This document shows positions 45,476-53,529 of a stretch of 64,000 bases of DNA, piece after piece. A program made the translations under genes and the position numbers. The DNA comes from an uncultured Vampirovibrionales bacterium (GTDB lineage: Bacteria > Cyanobacteriota > Vampirovibrionia > Vampirovibrionales > Vampirovibrionaceae). Position 1 is the first letter of the stretch, and each line of letters begins with the position of its first letter. Under the pieces are notes generated by a model that was not told where the DNA came from, ran no database searches, and saw only the letters and a list, made by a program, of their open reading frames with translations. The DNA is taken from NCBI GenBank assembly GCA_964390635.1, contig CAYMIG010000004.1, forward strand, positions 69,439 through 133,438, read 5' to 3'.

Positions 45476-46327
45476 TCAAGGGGTCAGGGCCGAGGGCAGG
45501 GGCTCGCCGCTGTAGGCAAACACCTCGTTGACCCGTTCCACCTTGCGGCAGACGCCGGATTTGACCTCAACCGTAAAGCGCACGGCGTTTACCTGCAGCA
45601 CATCGCCCGGGCCCACATCCATGCGCACCGGCATCAGCGATTTGAGCCGTTGCAGGGAGGCGGACGGATCCATGCCAATCACGCTGTTGTAGGCGCCGTT
45701 GAAGCCGGCATCGGTAATGTAGCCCGTGCGGTTGTTCAGGATCTTGGCATCGGCGGTCTGCACATGGGTGTGGGTGCCCACCATGGCGCTGACCCCCAGG
45801 GTGGAGGCATGCCAGGCCATGCAAACCTTTTCGGCGGTGGCCTCGGCATGGAAATCCATGAAGATGATGGGGGTGACGGCCAGCATCTCGTAGACCAGCT
45901 CGTCGATGCTGTCCCAGGGCGAGTTGTAGTTGCCCATGAACACCTGCCCGATCATGTTGATGACCCCCACCGCGTAGCCGCCTTCCATGGAGAAGACCCG
46001 GGCCCCGACCCCCGGGGCGTCGGCGGGGAAGTTGTAGGGGCGCAGCAGGTTGGCCCCGTCAATGTAGTTGAAGATCTCTTTCTGATCCCAGATGTGGTTG
46101 CCGCTGGTGAAGATGTGCACCCCGGCGTCCCGCATCTCGTCGTAGTGCTTGCGGAGCATGCCAAACCCGTGGGAGGTGTTCTCGGCATTGGCAATCACCA
46201 CGTCGGCAGGGTTGTCGAGCGTGGCCAGATAGTGCTTTACGGCCTGGCGCCCCGGTTTTCCGACCATATCGCCGAAAAACAGGATATCAATCACGTCTTT
46301 GCCGCTGCTGGAAGGAGTGCTGCTCAT
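45476..46327 (-). CDS. ymdB: YmdB-like metallophosphoesterase (TIGR00282-type 2',3'-cyclic-nucleotide phosphodiesterase)
   Basis: Internal start MSSTPSS. ILFFGDMVGKPGRQAV, VIANAENTSHGFG, FTSGNHIWD, DFHAEATAEK, GTHTHVQTAD. Confidence 0.9.
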   Translation of the reverse strand: MSSTPSSSGKDVIDILFFGDMVGKPGRQAVKHYLATLDNPADVVIANAENTSHGFGMLRKHYDEMRDAGVHIFTSGNHIWDQKEIFNYIDGANLLRPYNFPADAPGVGARVFSMEGGYAVGVINMIGQVFMGNYNSPWDSIDELVYEMLAVTPIIFMDFHAEATAEKVCMAWHASTLGVSAMVGTHTHVQTADAKILNNRTGYITDAGFNGAYNSVIGMDPSASLQRLKSLMPVRMDVGPGDVLQVNAVRFTVEVKSGVCRKVERVNEVFAYSGEPLPSALTP

Positions 46328-46455
46328 TGAAGCCCTTGCTATGCCATCTTGTTTGCCCATTGTACCCGATGGGCGGGGGCACAAACAAGGCCGCAAAAAT
46401 CCACCCACCTGCCCGCCGGGGGCAAAGCGGGCGGATGGGTTCCAATGAAAGGCGT

Positions 46456-47568
46456 TTAACCCTCCTCGGGATCCGGGCTGGGGGTGGCCCCGTTGCCGTT
46501 GGAGGCGACTGCCCGGGCACTGGCCCGGATGGCGGCAATCTTTTGGCGTACTTCGGTTTCGATGGTCTTCAGCAAGTCGGGGTTTTCCTTCAGGAAGTCC
46601 CGGGCCTTCTCGCGGCCCTGGCCCAGTTTCTCGTCGTTGTAGCTGTACCAGGTGCCGGATTTCTTCACGATGTCGAGTTCCGCGGCCACATCCAGCACGC
46701 CGCCCTCCACCGAGATGCCTTCCCCGAACAGGATATCGAACTCGGCCACCTTGAAGGGCGGGGCCACCTTGTTTTTGACCACCCGAACCTTCACCCGGTT
46801 GCCGTACTCCTCGCCGTCCCGCTTCAGGGTCTCGATGCGCCGGATGTCCATGCGCACGCTGGCGTAAAACTTCAGGGCGTTGCCGCCGGTGGTGGTTTCC
46901 GGGTTGCCATACATCACCCCGATCTTCTGGCGCAGCTGGTTGATGAAGATGACCGAGGTGCGGGTCTTGCCGATGACCGCGGTCAGCTTGCGTAGGGCCT
47001 GGGACATCAGGCGGGCTTGCAAGCCCATGTGCGAGTCGCCCATTTCGCCCTCAATCTCCGCCTTGGGTACCAGGGCGGCCACGGAGTCGATGACCACCAC
47101 GTCCACCGCGCCGGAGCGCACCAGTTGCTCGGCAATTTCCAGGGCCTGCTCCCCGGTGTCCGGCTGGCTGACCAGCAGTTCATCAATTTTGACCCCAATC
47201 TTGGCCGCGTACTCCGGATCCAGGGCATGCTCGGCGTCGATGAACGCGGCAATACCCCCGGCCTTCTGGGCCTGGGCAATCAGGCTGAGGGTCAACGTGG
47301 TCTTCCCGCTGGATTCCGGGCCGTAGATTTCCACCACCCGGCCCCGGGGAATGCCGCCCACCCCCAGGCACAGATCCAGGGCCAGGGAGCCGGTGGGGAT
47401 GGCATCCAGGCTGACCACCTGGCGATCGCCCAGCTTCATGATGGCGCCTTTGCCGAAATCCTTTTCAATCTTGTCGATGGCGTAGCTCAGCACCTTGCGG
47501 CGCTCTTCCAGCGTGGCGTCCTCGACTTTGGCGGTTTCTTTCTCTTTTTCCTTTTCCTTGACTGCCAT
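46456..47568 (-). CDS. recA: recombinase RecA
   Basis: [24 protein letters not shown] (Walker A), [64 protein letters not shown]. Start at MAVKEK is likely (an alternative lies 27 nt upstream). Confidence 0.97.
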   Translation of the reverse strand: MAVKEKEKEKETAKVEDATLEERRKVLSYAIDKIEKDFGKGAIMKLGDRQVVSLDAIPTGSLALDLCLGVGGIPRGRVVEIYGPESSGKTTLTLSLIAQAQKAGGIAAFIDAEHALDPEYAAKIGVKIDELLVSQPDTGEQALEIAEQLVRSGAVDVVVIDSVAALVPKAEIEGEMGDSHMGLQARLMSQALRKLTAVIGKTRTSVIFINQLRQKIGVMYGNPETTTGGNALKFYASVRMDIRRIETLKRDGEEYGNRVKVRVVKNKVAPPFKVAEFDILFGEGISVEGGVLDVAAELDIVKKSGTWYSYNDEKLGQGREKARDFLKENPDLLKTIETEVRQKIAAIRASARAVASNGNGATPSPDPEEG

Positions 47569-47748
47569 GGATGGCTCCTTTTGCTCTCTATTCAATGCTG
47601 TCCTGCCTGGCAGGCCTGACCCTGCCTATGACGTCGAATGTTCATGCGAGTTCAGGGATCCCCTGGGCCCATCGTACGCGATTTCAGGCCGGTTTGCCTA
47701 CGGATGGACGGCAATAATTTACAAAAGGCCGCTCGCTCGAACATCCTT

Positions 47749-47769
47749 TCGAATAGAAATTATATTCGA
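47749..47769 (-). promoter_or_regulatory. perfect palindrome overlapping a TATAAT hexamer upstream of recA (candidate SOS/LexA-type operator)
   Basis: TCGAATA-N7-TATTCGA. Minus-strand TATAAT at 47759-47764. A third TCGAAC half-site sits at 47737-47742, forming GAAC-N4-TTTC (near the GAAC-N4-GTTC Cheo-box shape). Confidence 0.3.
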
Positions 47770-47876
47770 GCCATGGCGGAAAGGGAAGGGGGGGGCAGGA
47801 AATTTACAGTCGGGATCGCCCATCGGCCATCCCGGCCCGGAGGGTGGCCCGGGCCCGGTGTTGCGGCGGCCTTGGA

Positions 47877-49610
47877 TCAGGGGGCGACCCGGCTGGCGGC
47901 GGTGGCGGCTTCCTCTGCGGCGACCTGGGGGGCCGGGGGCAGGTTAGCCAGCTCGAACCAGCGGTAATCCACTTGGGGGAAGGGATTGTCGATGTCTTCC
48001 ACCGCATGCAGGCGCTTTTCGTCAATGCTGCCGGCCTCCAGCATATCCAGCAGCAGGTGGAAGCGTTCCACGTGCGACTCGAACCGTTCCACGGCGTAAT
48101 CCTTGGCCTGGAAGGTGGTCACCAGGAAGGGCCAATCGCTGCTTTGCAGCAGCAGCAGCTCCCGCAGGGCCTGGTTCAGCAGGCGGATTGTCAGGGGGTC
48201 GCTTTCCTGGCGGTAAGCCGCCACCACGGCCCGCATGCGGGCTTCCGCCTTATGGATGATGGGCCACATCCAGTCGGTATGCTGGTTATGCCACACCCAG
48301 TAGTGCCCGCCCTGGCCCCAGGTGCTTTCCGGCAGCTGGATGGCTTCCTTGGGGGTGTGGTTGGCCAGGTACTCCCCGGCGCTTTCTACCGCCACGCTGT
48401 CGCTTTGGTGCAGGCTGCGGATGACATGCTTCAGCCAGGCAATGCCTTCAAACCACCAGTGCCCGTAAAGCTCGGTGTCGAAGGAGACCATGACCAGGCA
48501 ATGCTCGCCCATGCGCGCCGATTCGGTCTTGACCAGATCCTGCACCAGGGAGACGAAGTGGTCGGCATGCATCTTGGTTTGGTTGAAGGCCAGGATGGGG
48601 TCGTAGAGCATCTTGTCGCCCAGCTCGCAGTCCTTGCCGGTGAGCCGCCAATACTTGACCCCGGACTGGTCGTCCCGCTTGTGGAATTCGCGGTACAGCC
48701 CGTCGCCCGGGTAGCCGTGCGCCGCCGACCACACCTGGAAGCTTGCCCGGTTGTTGCGGCCCACCACCGCCACCGGGTAGTTCTTCAGCCAGTAGGCCTG
48801 ATGCGTGGTCAGCCCGGTGGGGCCCCGGTTGGGCAGGGGAATGTACTGGATGTCCCGGTATACCCCGAAATCCCGGCGCACTTCCGAGGTGGTGCTGCCC
48901 TCGATGGCGTGGAACTCGGTAAAGAAGTACTGGATGCCGTTCTCGTACAGGAAGGCCTCGATGGCCGGGCGCAGGCGGGGTTCGCCGCTGTCCACGTCCG
49001 GCATGTCCTTGGCCGGGCGATAGGCGCATTCCGGCAGCCAGATGCCCTTGGGCGCCCGCCCGAAGTGTTTTTTATAGGCCTCCACCCCGGTCTTAATCTG
49101 GGCCTGGATGCTTTCATCGGTGCCCAGCAGGGGTAAAAAGCCGTGGGTGGCCGCCGAGGTGGTAATCTCCACGCAGCCTTCGTCTTGCAGAACCTTAAAG
49201 GCCTGCACCAGGTTCTTGTCGTACTTGTGCAGGAAGTGATCCAAGATCTTGCTGTAGTGCTCCTCGTACCAGTCCGCCAGGAAGGCCAGATGCTCGGAAT
49301 GGGGAACCTTGGGGTTGGGGTAGCGGGCCACGTCCTCTTCCACGGAGGCCAGCCGGGTTTGCATATACTGGATGAACCCGTTTTGCAGGTGCTCATCAGC
49401 CAGCTGCTCGGCCAGGATGGGCGTGATGCCAACGGTCACATGAGCCTTCACCCCTTCTTCCCGCAGCTCGTACAAGGCATCCAGCAGCGGGATGTAGGTT
49501 TCCATCATGCAGTCGTAAAGGTTTTCCTCCCCAAAGGGCCACATGCCGGCCTTGCGGTAGAAGGGCAGGTGGCTGTGGAGCATTAAAACGAAAGATCCGG
49601 CTTGGCTCAT
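47877..49610 (-). CDS. GH57-family 1,4-alpha-glucan branching enzyme
   Basis: FVLMLHSHLPFYRKAGMWPFGEENLYDCMMETYIPLL, TSAATHGFLPLL, WLPECAY and FDTELYGHWWFEG are GH57 branching-enzyme blocks. Confidence 0.9.
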   Translation of the reverse strand: MSQAGSFVLMLHSHLPFYRKAGMWPFGEENLYDCMMETYIPLLDALYELREEGVKAHVTVGITPILAEQLADEHLQNGFIQYMQTRLASVEEDVARYPNPKVPHSEHLAFLADWYEEHYSKILDHFLHKYDKNLVQAFKVLQDEGCVEITTSAATHGFLPLLGTDESIQAQIKTGVEAYKKHFGRAPKGIWLPECAYRPAKDMPDVDSGEPRLRPAIEAFLYENGIQYFFTEFHAIEGSTTSEVRRDFGVYRDIQYIPLPNRGPTGLTTHQAYWLKNYPVAVVGRNNRASFQVWSAAHGYPGDGLYREFHKRDDQSGVKYWRLTGKDCELGDKMLYDPILAFNQTKMHADHFVSLVQDLVKTESARMGEHCLVMVSFDTELYGHWWFEGIAWLKHVIRSLHQSDSVAVESAGEYLANHTPKEAIQLPESTWGQGGHYWVWHNQHTDWMWPIIHKAEARMRAVVAAYRQESDPLTIRLLNQALRELLLLQSSDWPFLVTTFQAKDYAVERFESHVERFHLLLDMLEAGSIDEKRLHAVEDIDNPFPQVDYRWFELANLPPAPQVAAEEAATAASRVAP

Positions 49611-49686
49611 GGCTTATTGTAAGTTCCACATTAACTTGCGGAAATCTTACACAAGATACGGCCATTTGAAAAGCCTGATCTGAAAA

Positions 49687-51993
49687 TTAGTTGGGTTGCC
49701 GGGCTAAATTGCCGTACAGGCGATGATAGTTCCAGTAGCTTCCGTAGACTTTCTTGATGTAGTCCCGGGTTTGGGCATACGGGATCCGTTCCACGAACAT
49801 GTCCGGGTCGCTGCCCAGGTAGGGCGAGGTGGCCGCCCAGCGTTTCATGGCCCCCGGCCCCCCGTTGTACGACCCCACCGCCAGCATGCCGTTGCGGTTG
49901 AAGATCTGGTGCAAGTGCCCCAGGTAGCGGGTTCCCAGGCGCACGTTTACCGCCGGCACAAACAGGTCGGTGGGCTTGAAGCCGGCCATGCCTTCCCAGC
50001 CCGCCACTTCCCGCGCTGTGCTGGGTAAAAGCTGCATCAGCCCGTAGGCGTTAGAGCTGCTGACGGCCAGTTCGTTAAAATAGCTCTCTTCTCGCATCAG
50101 CGATTGCACCAGATAGGGATCCAACCCTTGCCGACTGGCCTGGCGGGCAATTTCCCCTTCAAAATAAACCGGGTAGAGCAAGCGCAGGGCGGCAGCCCGT
50201 TCCGGGGGCTTGCCCTGGGGATCCTGCTTGCGGCGTTCCCGATCCTGCTTCTCCAGGGCGTCCCGGATGGTGCGGATGCCCTGGGCCCGATCGCCAGCCA
50301 GCTGCTGTTGCCAGCTTTTCACCGCGGGGGGTACCTCCCCGGCCAGGCCGATCAGCCCATCCGCCACATCCTGGGGGGCCCCGATGGCCACCAGCTCGGC
50401 CAGGCGGGCCCGCTGCCCGTCCCCTCCCAAGGTGTCCGCGGGCGGCAGGATGCCGGCAGTCATTTCCTCGTCCACGCGCGGCGGATAGGCGGTTTGCGCA
50501 TCCAGCCGCCAGCCGGGGTCGGCCTGGCCCCGGGCCAGCACGTTCAGCCGCCCGCTGGCCCGGAAGGCGTAGTAGCTTTCCGGATAATGGCTCAGCACAT
50601 GCTCGTAGGCCCGGGTGGCTTCCGCCGGGTTGCCGGCCTCCAGGCACTTGGCCATCCAGAACAGGGCCTTGGGGGCGGCCTTGCCATAAGGATAGCGGGA
50701 AAGATACAGCTGGGCCTCCCGCAGGTAGGCCGTGCGCTCCCCTTTTTCGAGTAGGGGCCATAGCCGCAGCCAGCCGCTTTCCGGGGCGTAATCCCCGTCC
50801 GGGTAGCTGTTCAGGATGGCCTGGTAGTAGGCCTGGGCCTGTCCGGGGTTCAGCTGGGAGAGTTTCCACAGCACGTAGTCTCCACCCACCGGCAAATGGC
50901 GATCTTTCAGCGCGTTCAGTTTTGCCATACGCTGGTTGGCCGGGGCGTAGCGGGCAATCCAGTCCACCGCCTGCTGCACGTCCTCGGTGGTTTTGGCATA
51001 GCCGATCCCGTCCATCAAGGTTTGCACCCCAGCCGGGACTTGCCCGTTGCGCAGCTCAAGCTGTCCACGCAGCAGCCAGCTTTCGGAAAGCGGCGCCTGG
51101 CGCAGGTAGCTGATGGCCTTGGCGCTGTTCAGCCCGGCATGGCCGTAGCCCAGGCCAATCCGCAGGTGCCCCCGGGCATCCGGGTGGGGTTGCAGTTGAT
51201 CCAGCTCGTGGGCAGCCTCGCCGCTGAAGCGGCAATCCGGGCAGCGATCCAGATAGGCGCCAAAGGCTTCCGCTGCCCCGGCGGGGTCGCGGGGGGTGCC
51301 GGCCAGCTTCAGCTTGCCCAGGTAGTACAGACTACCGATGGCTTCCTCGCTCCGGGGGAAATCAGCACGGGTTTTCTCGAACGCGGCGGCGGCTTTTTCC
51401 CGCTCGGTGGCCCGGTAATGGGACTGGGCCAGCCGGTACTGGGCCAGGGCCCGCAGGGGGCTTTGCGCAAATCCGGCAAGCAGCTCGGCAAGCTTTTTTT
51501 GGACGGCCCATTCGTTGCCTTGCCCGGCGTAGGCTTCCGCCTGATGCAGCAGCAGGTAGTCCCGCAGCCCGGGATAGGCCGGCTCAAGGGCCTTGAAATC
51601 GCTTAGGGCGGTGTCGAAATCGTTTTCCTGCAGGGCAGCCAGGCCTTTTGCGTAGCGTTTTCGGGCTTCCTGCCTCTCCATGCCCCCCGCCGGCGAGAAG
51701 ATTTCCCCATCCCCCATCTGCAAAAATACCAAGGCCGGCATGAACCGGGGGAGGCCATGTCCCAGGCGGGCAAACAGGAAGGTGCCGCACAGGGCACCCA
51801 CCAGCGCCGCCGCCACCAGCCAGCCAATCAACCCCGCATGCCAGGCTTTCAGCTTACCGGCAGGCTTGCCCGCGAGGGGCGAGTGGGTTTTGCGGAAGGG
51901 GTTGGCGCTGGCGTTGGTCAAATTGGGCGGCATTTTGCTTTTATTGTGCTTAGCAACAAGATTCTTTATTATACTGAAACGCCCAGACGGCAA
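49687..51993 (-). CDS. slt: soluble lytic murein transglycosylase (Slt70-like: helical superhelix + SLT domain); start uncertain
   Basis: C-terminal LVQSLMREESYFNELAVSSSNAYGLMQLLPSTA...YNGGPGAMKRW (catalytic E-S and GLMQ motifs). Long TPR-like N-terminal region and one N-terminal TM/signal segment. Confidence 0.85.
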   Translation of the reverse strand: MPSGRFSIIKNLVAKHNKSKMPPNLTNASANPFRKTHSPLAGKPAGKLKAWHAGLIGWLVAAALVGALCGTFLFARLGHGLPRFMPALVFLQMGDGEIFSPAGGMERQEARKRYAKGLAALQENDFDTALSDFKALEPAYPGLRDYLLLHQAEAYAGQGNEWAVQKKLAELLAGFAQSPLRALAQYRLAQSHYRATEREKAAAAFEKTRADFPRSEEAIGSLYYLGKLKLAGTPRDPAGAAEAFGAYLDRCPDCRFSGEAAHELDQLQPHPDARGHLRIGLGYGHAGLNSAKAISYLRQAPLSESWLLRGQLELRNGQVPAGVQTLMDGIGYAKTTEDVQQAVDWIARYAPANQRMAKLNALKDRHLPVGGDYVLWKLSQLNPGQAQAYYQAILNSYPDGDYAPESGWLRLWPLLEKGERTAYLREAQLYLSRYPYGKAAPKALFWMAKCLEAGNPAEATRAYEHVLSHYPESYYAFRASGRLNVLARGQADPGWRLDAQTAYPPRVDEEMTAGILPPADTLGGDGQRARLAELVAIGAPQDVADGLIGLAGEVPPAVKSWQQQLAGDRAQGIRTIRDALEKQDRERRKQDPQGKPPERAAALRLLYPVYFEGEIARQASRQGLDPYLVQSLMREESYFNELAVSSSNAYGLMQLLPSTAREVAGWEGMAGFKPTDLFVPAVNVRLGTRYLGHLHQIFNRNGMLAVGSYNGGPGAMKRWAATSPYLGSDPDMFVERIPYAQTRDYIKKVYGSYWNYHRLYGNLARQPN

Positions 51994-52011
51994 ACAGTAG
52001 GAGGACCCCGC

Positions 52012-52611
52012 GTGCAGTCAGGACCCGTCCGGTTGAAAACCCTGGTCAGTTTTGGAATGGTGGCCATGCTTTGGCTGGCTGCCGGGGTGGTGGCCCGCGC
52101 CGAAGACCCGGCGGACTGGGCCAAGCTGTCCCAGGGCCTGGTCATCGTGCGGGAGCAGGTGGCCAAGAACGCCATTCCCGCCGTGGAGGCCAAGATTCTG
52201 GTTTCCAAGCCCCCCGAGAAAGTCTGGCGGGTGGTTTCCGATCCGGTCAAACTGATGCAGGAGGAGCGCAAGGTCAAGCGGGTCAAGGTGCTGTCGCAGG
52301 CCGGCAACAAGCAGCAGGTGCAGTTCAGCGTGCTGATGACCCGGCTGCTGCCCTCCTTTGATTACGTGCTGTTGCAAGAGCTGTTTCCCCCGTCCCTGCT
52401 GACGTTTCGGCGCCTGAGCGGCAGTTTCAAGGAAATCCAGGGCTCCTGGCGCTTGACCCCGGTGGAAGAAGGCCAGAAGACCATCCTGACCTACACCCTG
52501 AAGCTGGATCCCGGCCCCCTGGTGCCCAAATCCATGATGCTGAACGCGGTGAAGTCGGATCTGCCTACCATGATGCGCAATGCCCGGGCGGCCATCGACA
52601 AAAACAGCTAG
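52012..52611 (+). CDS. secreted SRPBCC (polyketide cyclase/dehydrase-like) protein
   Basis: GTG start 9 nt after AGGAGG. Signal peptide MVAMLWLAAGVVARA. VWRVVSDPVKLM...GSFKEIQGSWRLTPVEEGQKTILTYTL. Confidence 0.75.
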   Translation: MQSGPVRLKTLVSFGMVAMLWLAAGVVARAEDPADWAKLSQGLVIVREQVAKNAIPAVEAKILVSKPPEKVWRVVSDPVKLMQEERKVKRVKVLSQAGNKQQVQFSVLMTRLLPSFDYVLLQELFPPSLLTFRRLSGSFKEIQGSWRLTPVEEGQKTILTYTLKLDPGPLVPKSMMLNAVKSDLPTMMRNARAAIDKNS

Positions 52612-52660
52612 CCCCCTTTTCGGATACAATCATGCCTGTCCGTCGGTGAAGGAACCTGCC

Positions 52661-53344
52661 ATGCGCGGCGCCAACGTCCTGCCCTTTCCCTCCGCCAGTC
52701 CCCAAGGGGGCTTTGTGCTGAAAGCCTATGCCATCCTGTTCTATCTCACCCTGGGGGTGGCGCTGGGCTGGTACCTGCCAGTCTCGGAACGCTTGCCCCT
52801 GGGCGCTTTCGGGCGCATGTCCGCGGTTAGCTACTGGGAACCTGCCTCTTCGGGCCTGTTCGTGCTGTTTTTGCTGATGATGCTGTACCATTTTTTCATT
52901 CGCCAGCGGGGGCACCAGTCTGTTTATTTCCGTAAAAACAGGGTGCTGATTACCGTGCTGGCGGTGGTGGTGCTGGTGTTGTCCCTGCCGCTCACCGTGG
53001 TGGTGCTGCCCCTGTCCCTGCTGTACTGGGCGCTGGTGGCCCGCCGGGGACGGGAAGCCCCCTATTTTTTGCGCTTTCACATGCTGACCGCCCTCATCCT
53101 CAATTGCTTTTTGCTGTTGCCGGCCCTGATCCTGCAATCTCTGCTGGGGCTAACGATTGCCCTGGTGGTGCTGGCCGGGTTGCAGCAGGCGGCGGTTCCC
53201 GTGCTGGCCTGGTACCATGTCATCCTGCCATGGGCGGTGCTGGGGCTATTTCTGGTGCCTGCCGTCCTGCTGTCCATTAGCGTGTTGATGGGACGCACGC
53301 CCTACATTCGCATGGTGACCGCCGGGGTGCGCCAATTGGCATGA
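52661..53344 (+). CDS. integral membrane protein (possibly Tic20/DUF4870-like)
   Basis: Internal start MRGANV. Five to six TM segments. C-terminal MGRTPYIRMVTAGVRQ is reminiscent of Tic20-like tails; a weak call. Confidence 0.45.
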   Translation: MRGANVLPFPSASPQGGFVLKAYAILFYLTLGVALGWYLPVSERLPLGAFGRMSAVSYWEPASSGLFVLFLLMMLYHFFIRQRGHQSVYFRKNRVLITVLAVVVLVLSLPLTVVVLPLSLLYWALVARRGREAPYFLRFHMLTALILNCFLLLPALILQSLLGLTIALVVLAGLQQAAVPVLAWYHVILPWAVLGLFLVPAVLLSISVLMGRTPYIRMVTAGVRQLA

Positions 53345-53529
53345 GCCCGGGGGACCCGCAATCTCATTCGTTTGGTGGGTGTGGAATCGACATGTCTGGC
53401 GGGATGATAGGGAAGGATGGGATGTTAGAGCCCGGCTGAGCTTGCCGGCATCCGCCTTTTAATCCGATCTGTAATACACTGGGATGGATGATCCGTTGAG
53501 TTCCCCCGATTCCCCTTGCAGTCAAAGGA

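Noticed and set aside
45410-46330. 306-aa plus-strand ORF and the 27-codon N-terminal extension of the ymdB ORF.
   Set aside because: The plus-strand ORF is antisense to a clear YmdB-type metallophosphoesterase. The family N-terminus (ILFFGDMVG) fits the internal Met at 46327, not the upstream start.
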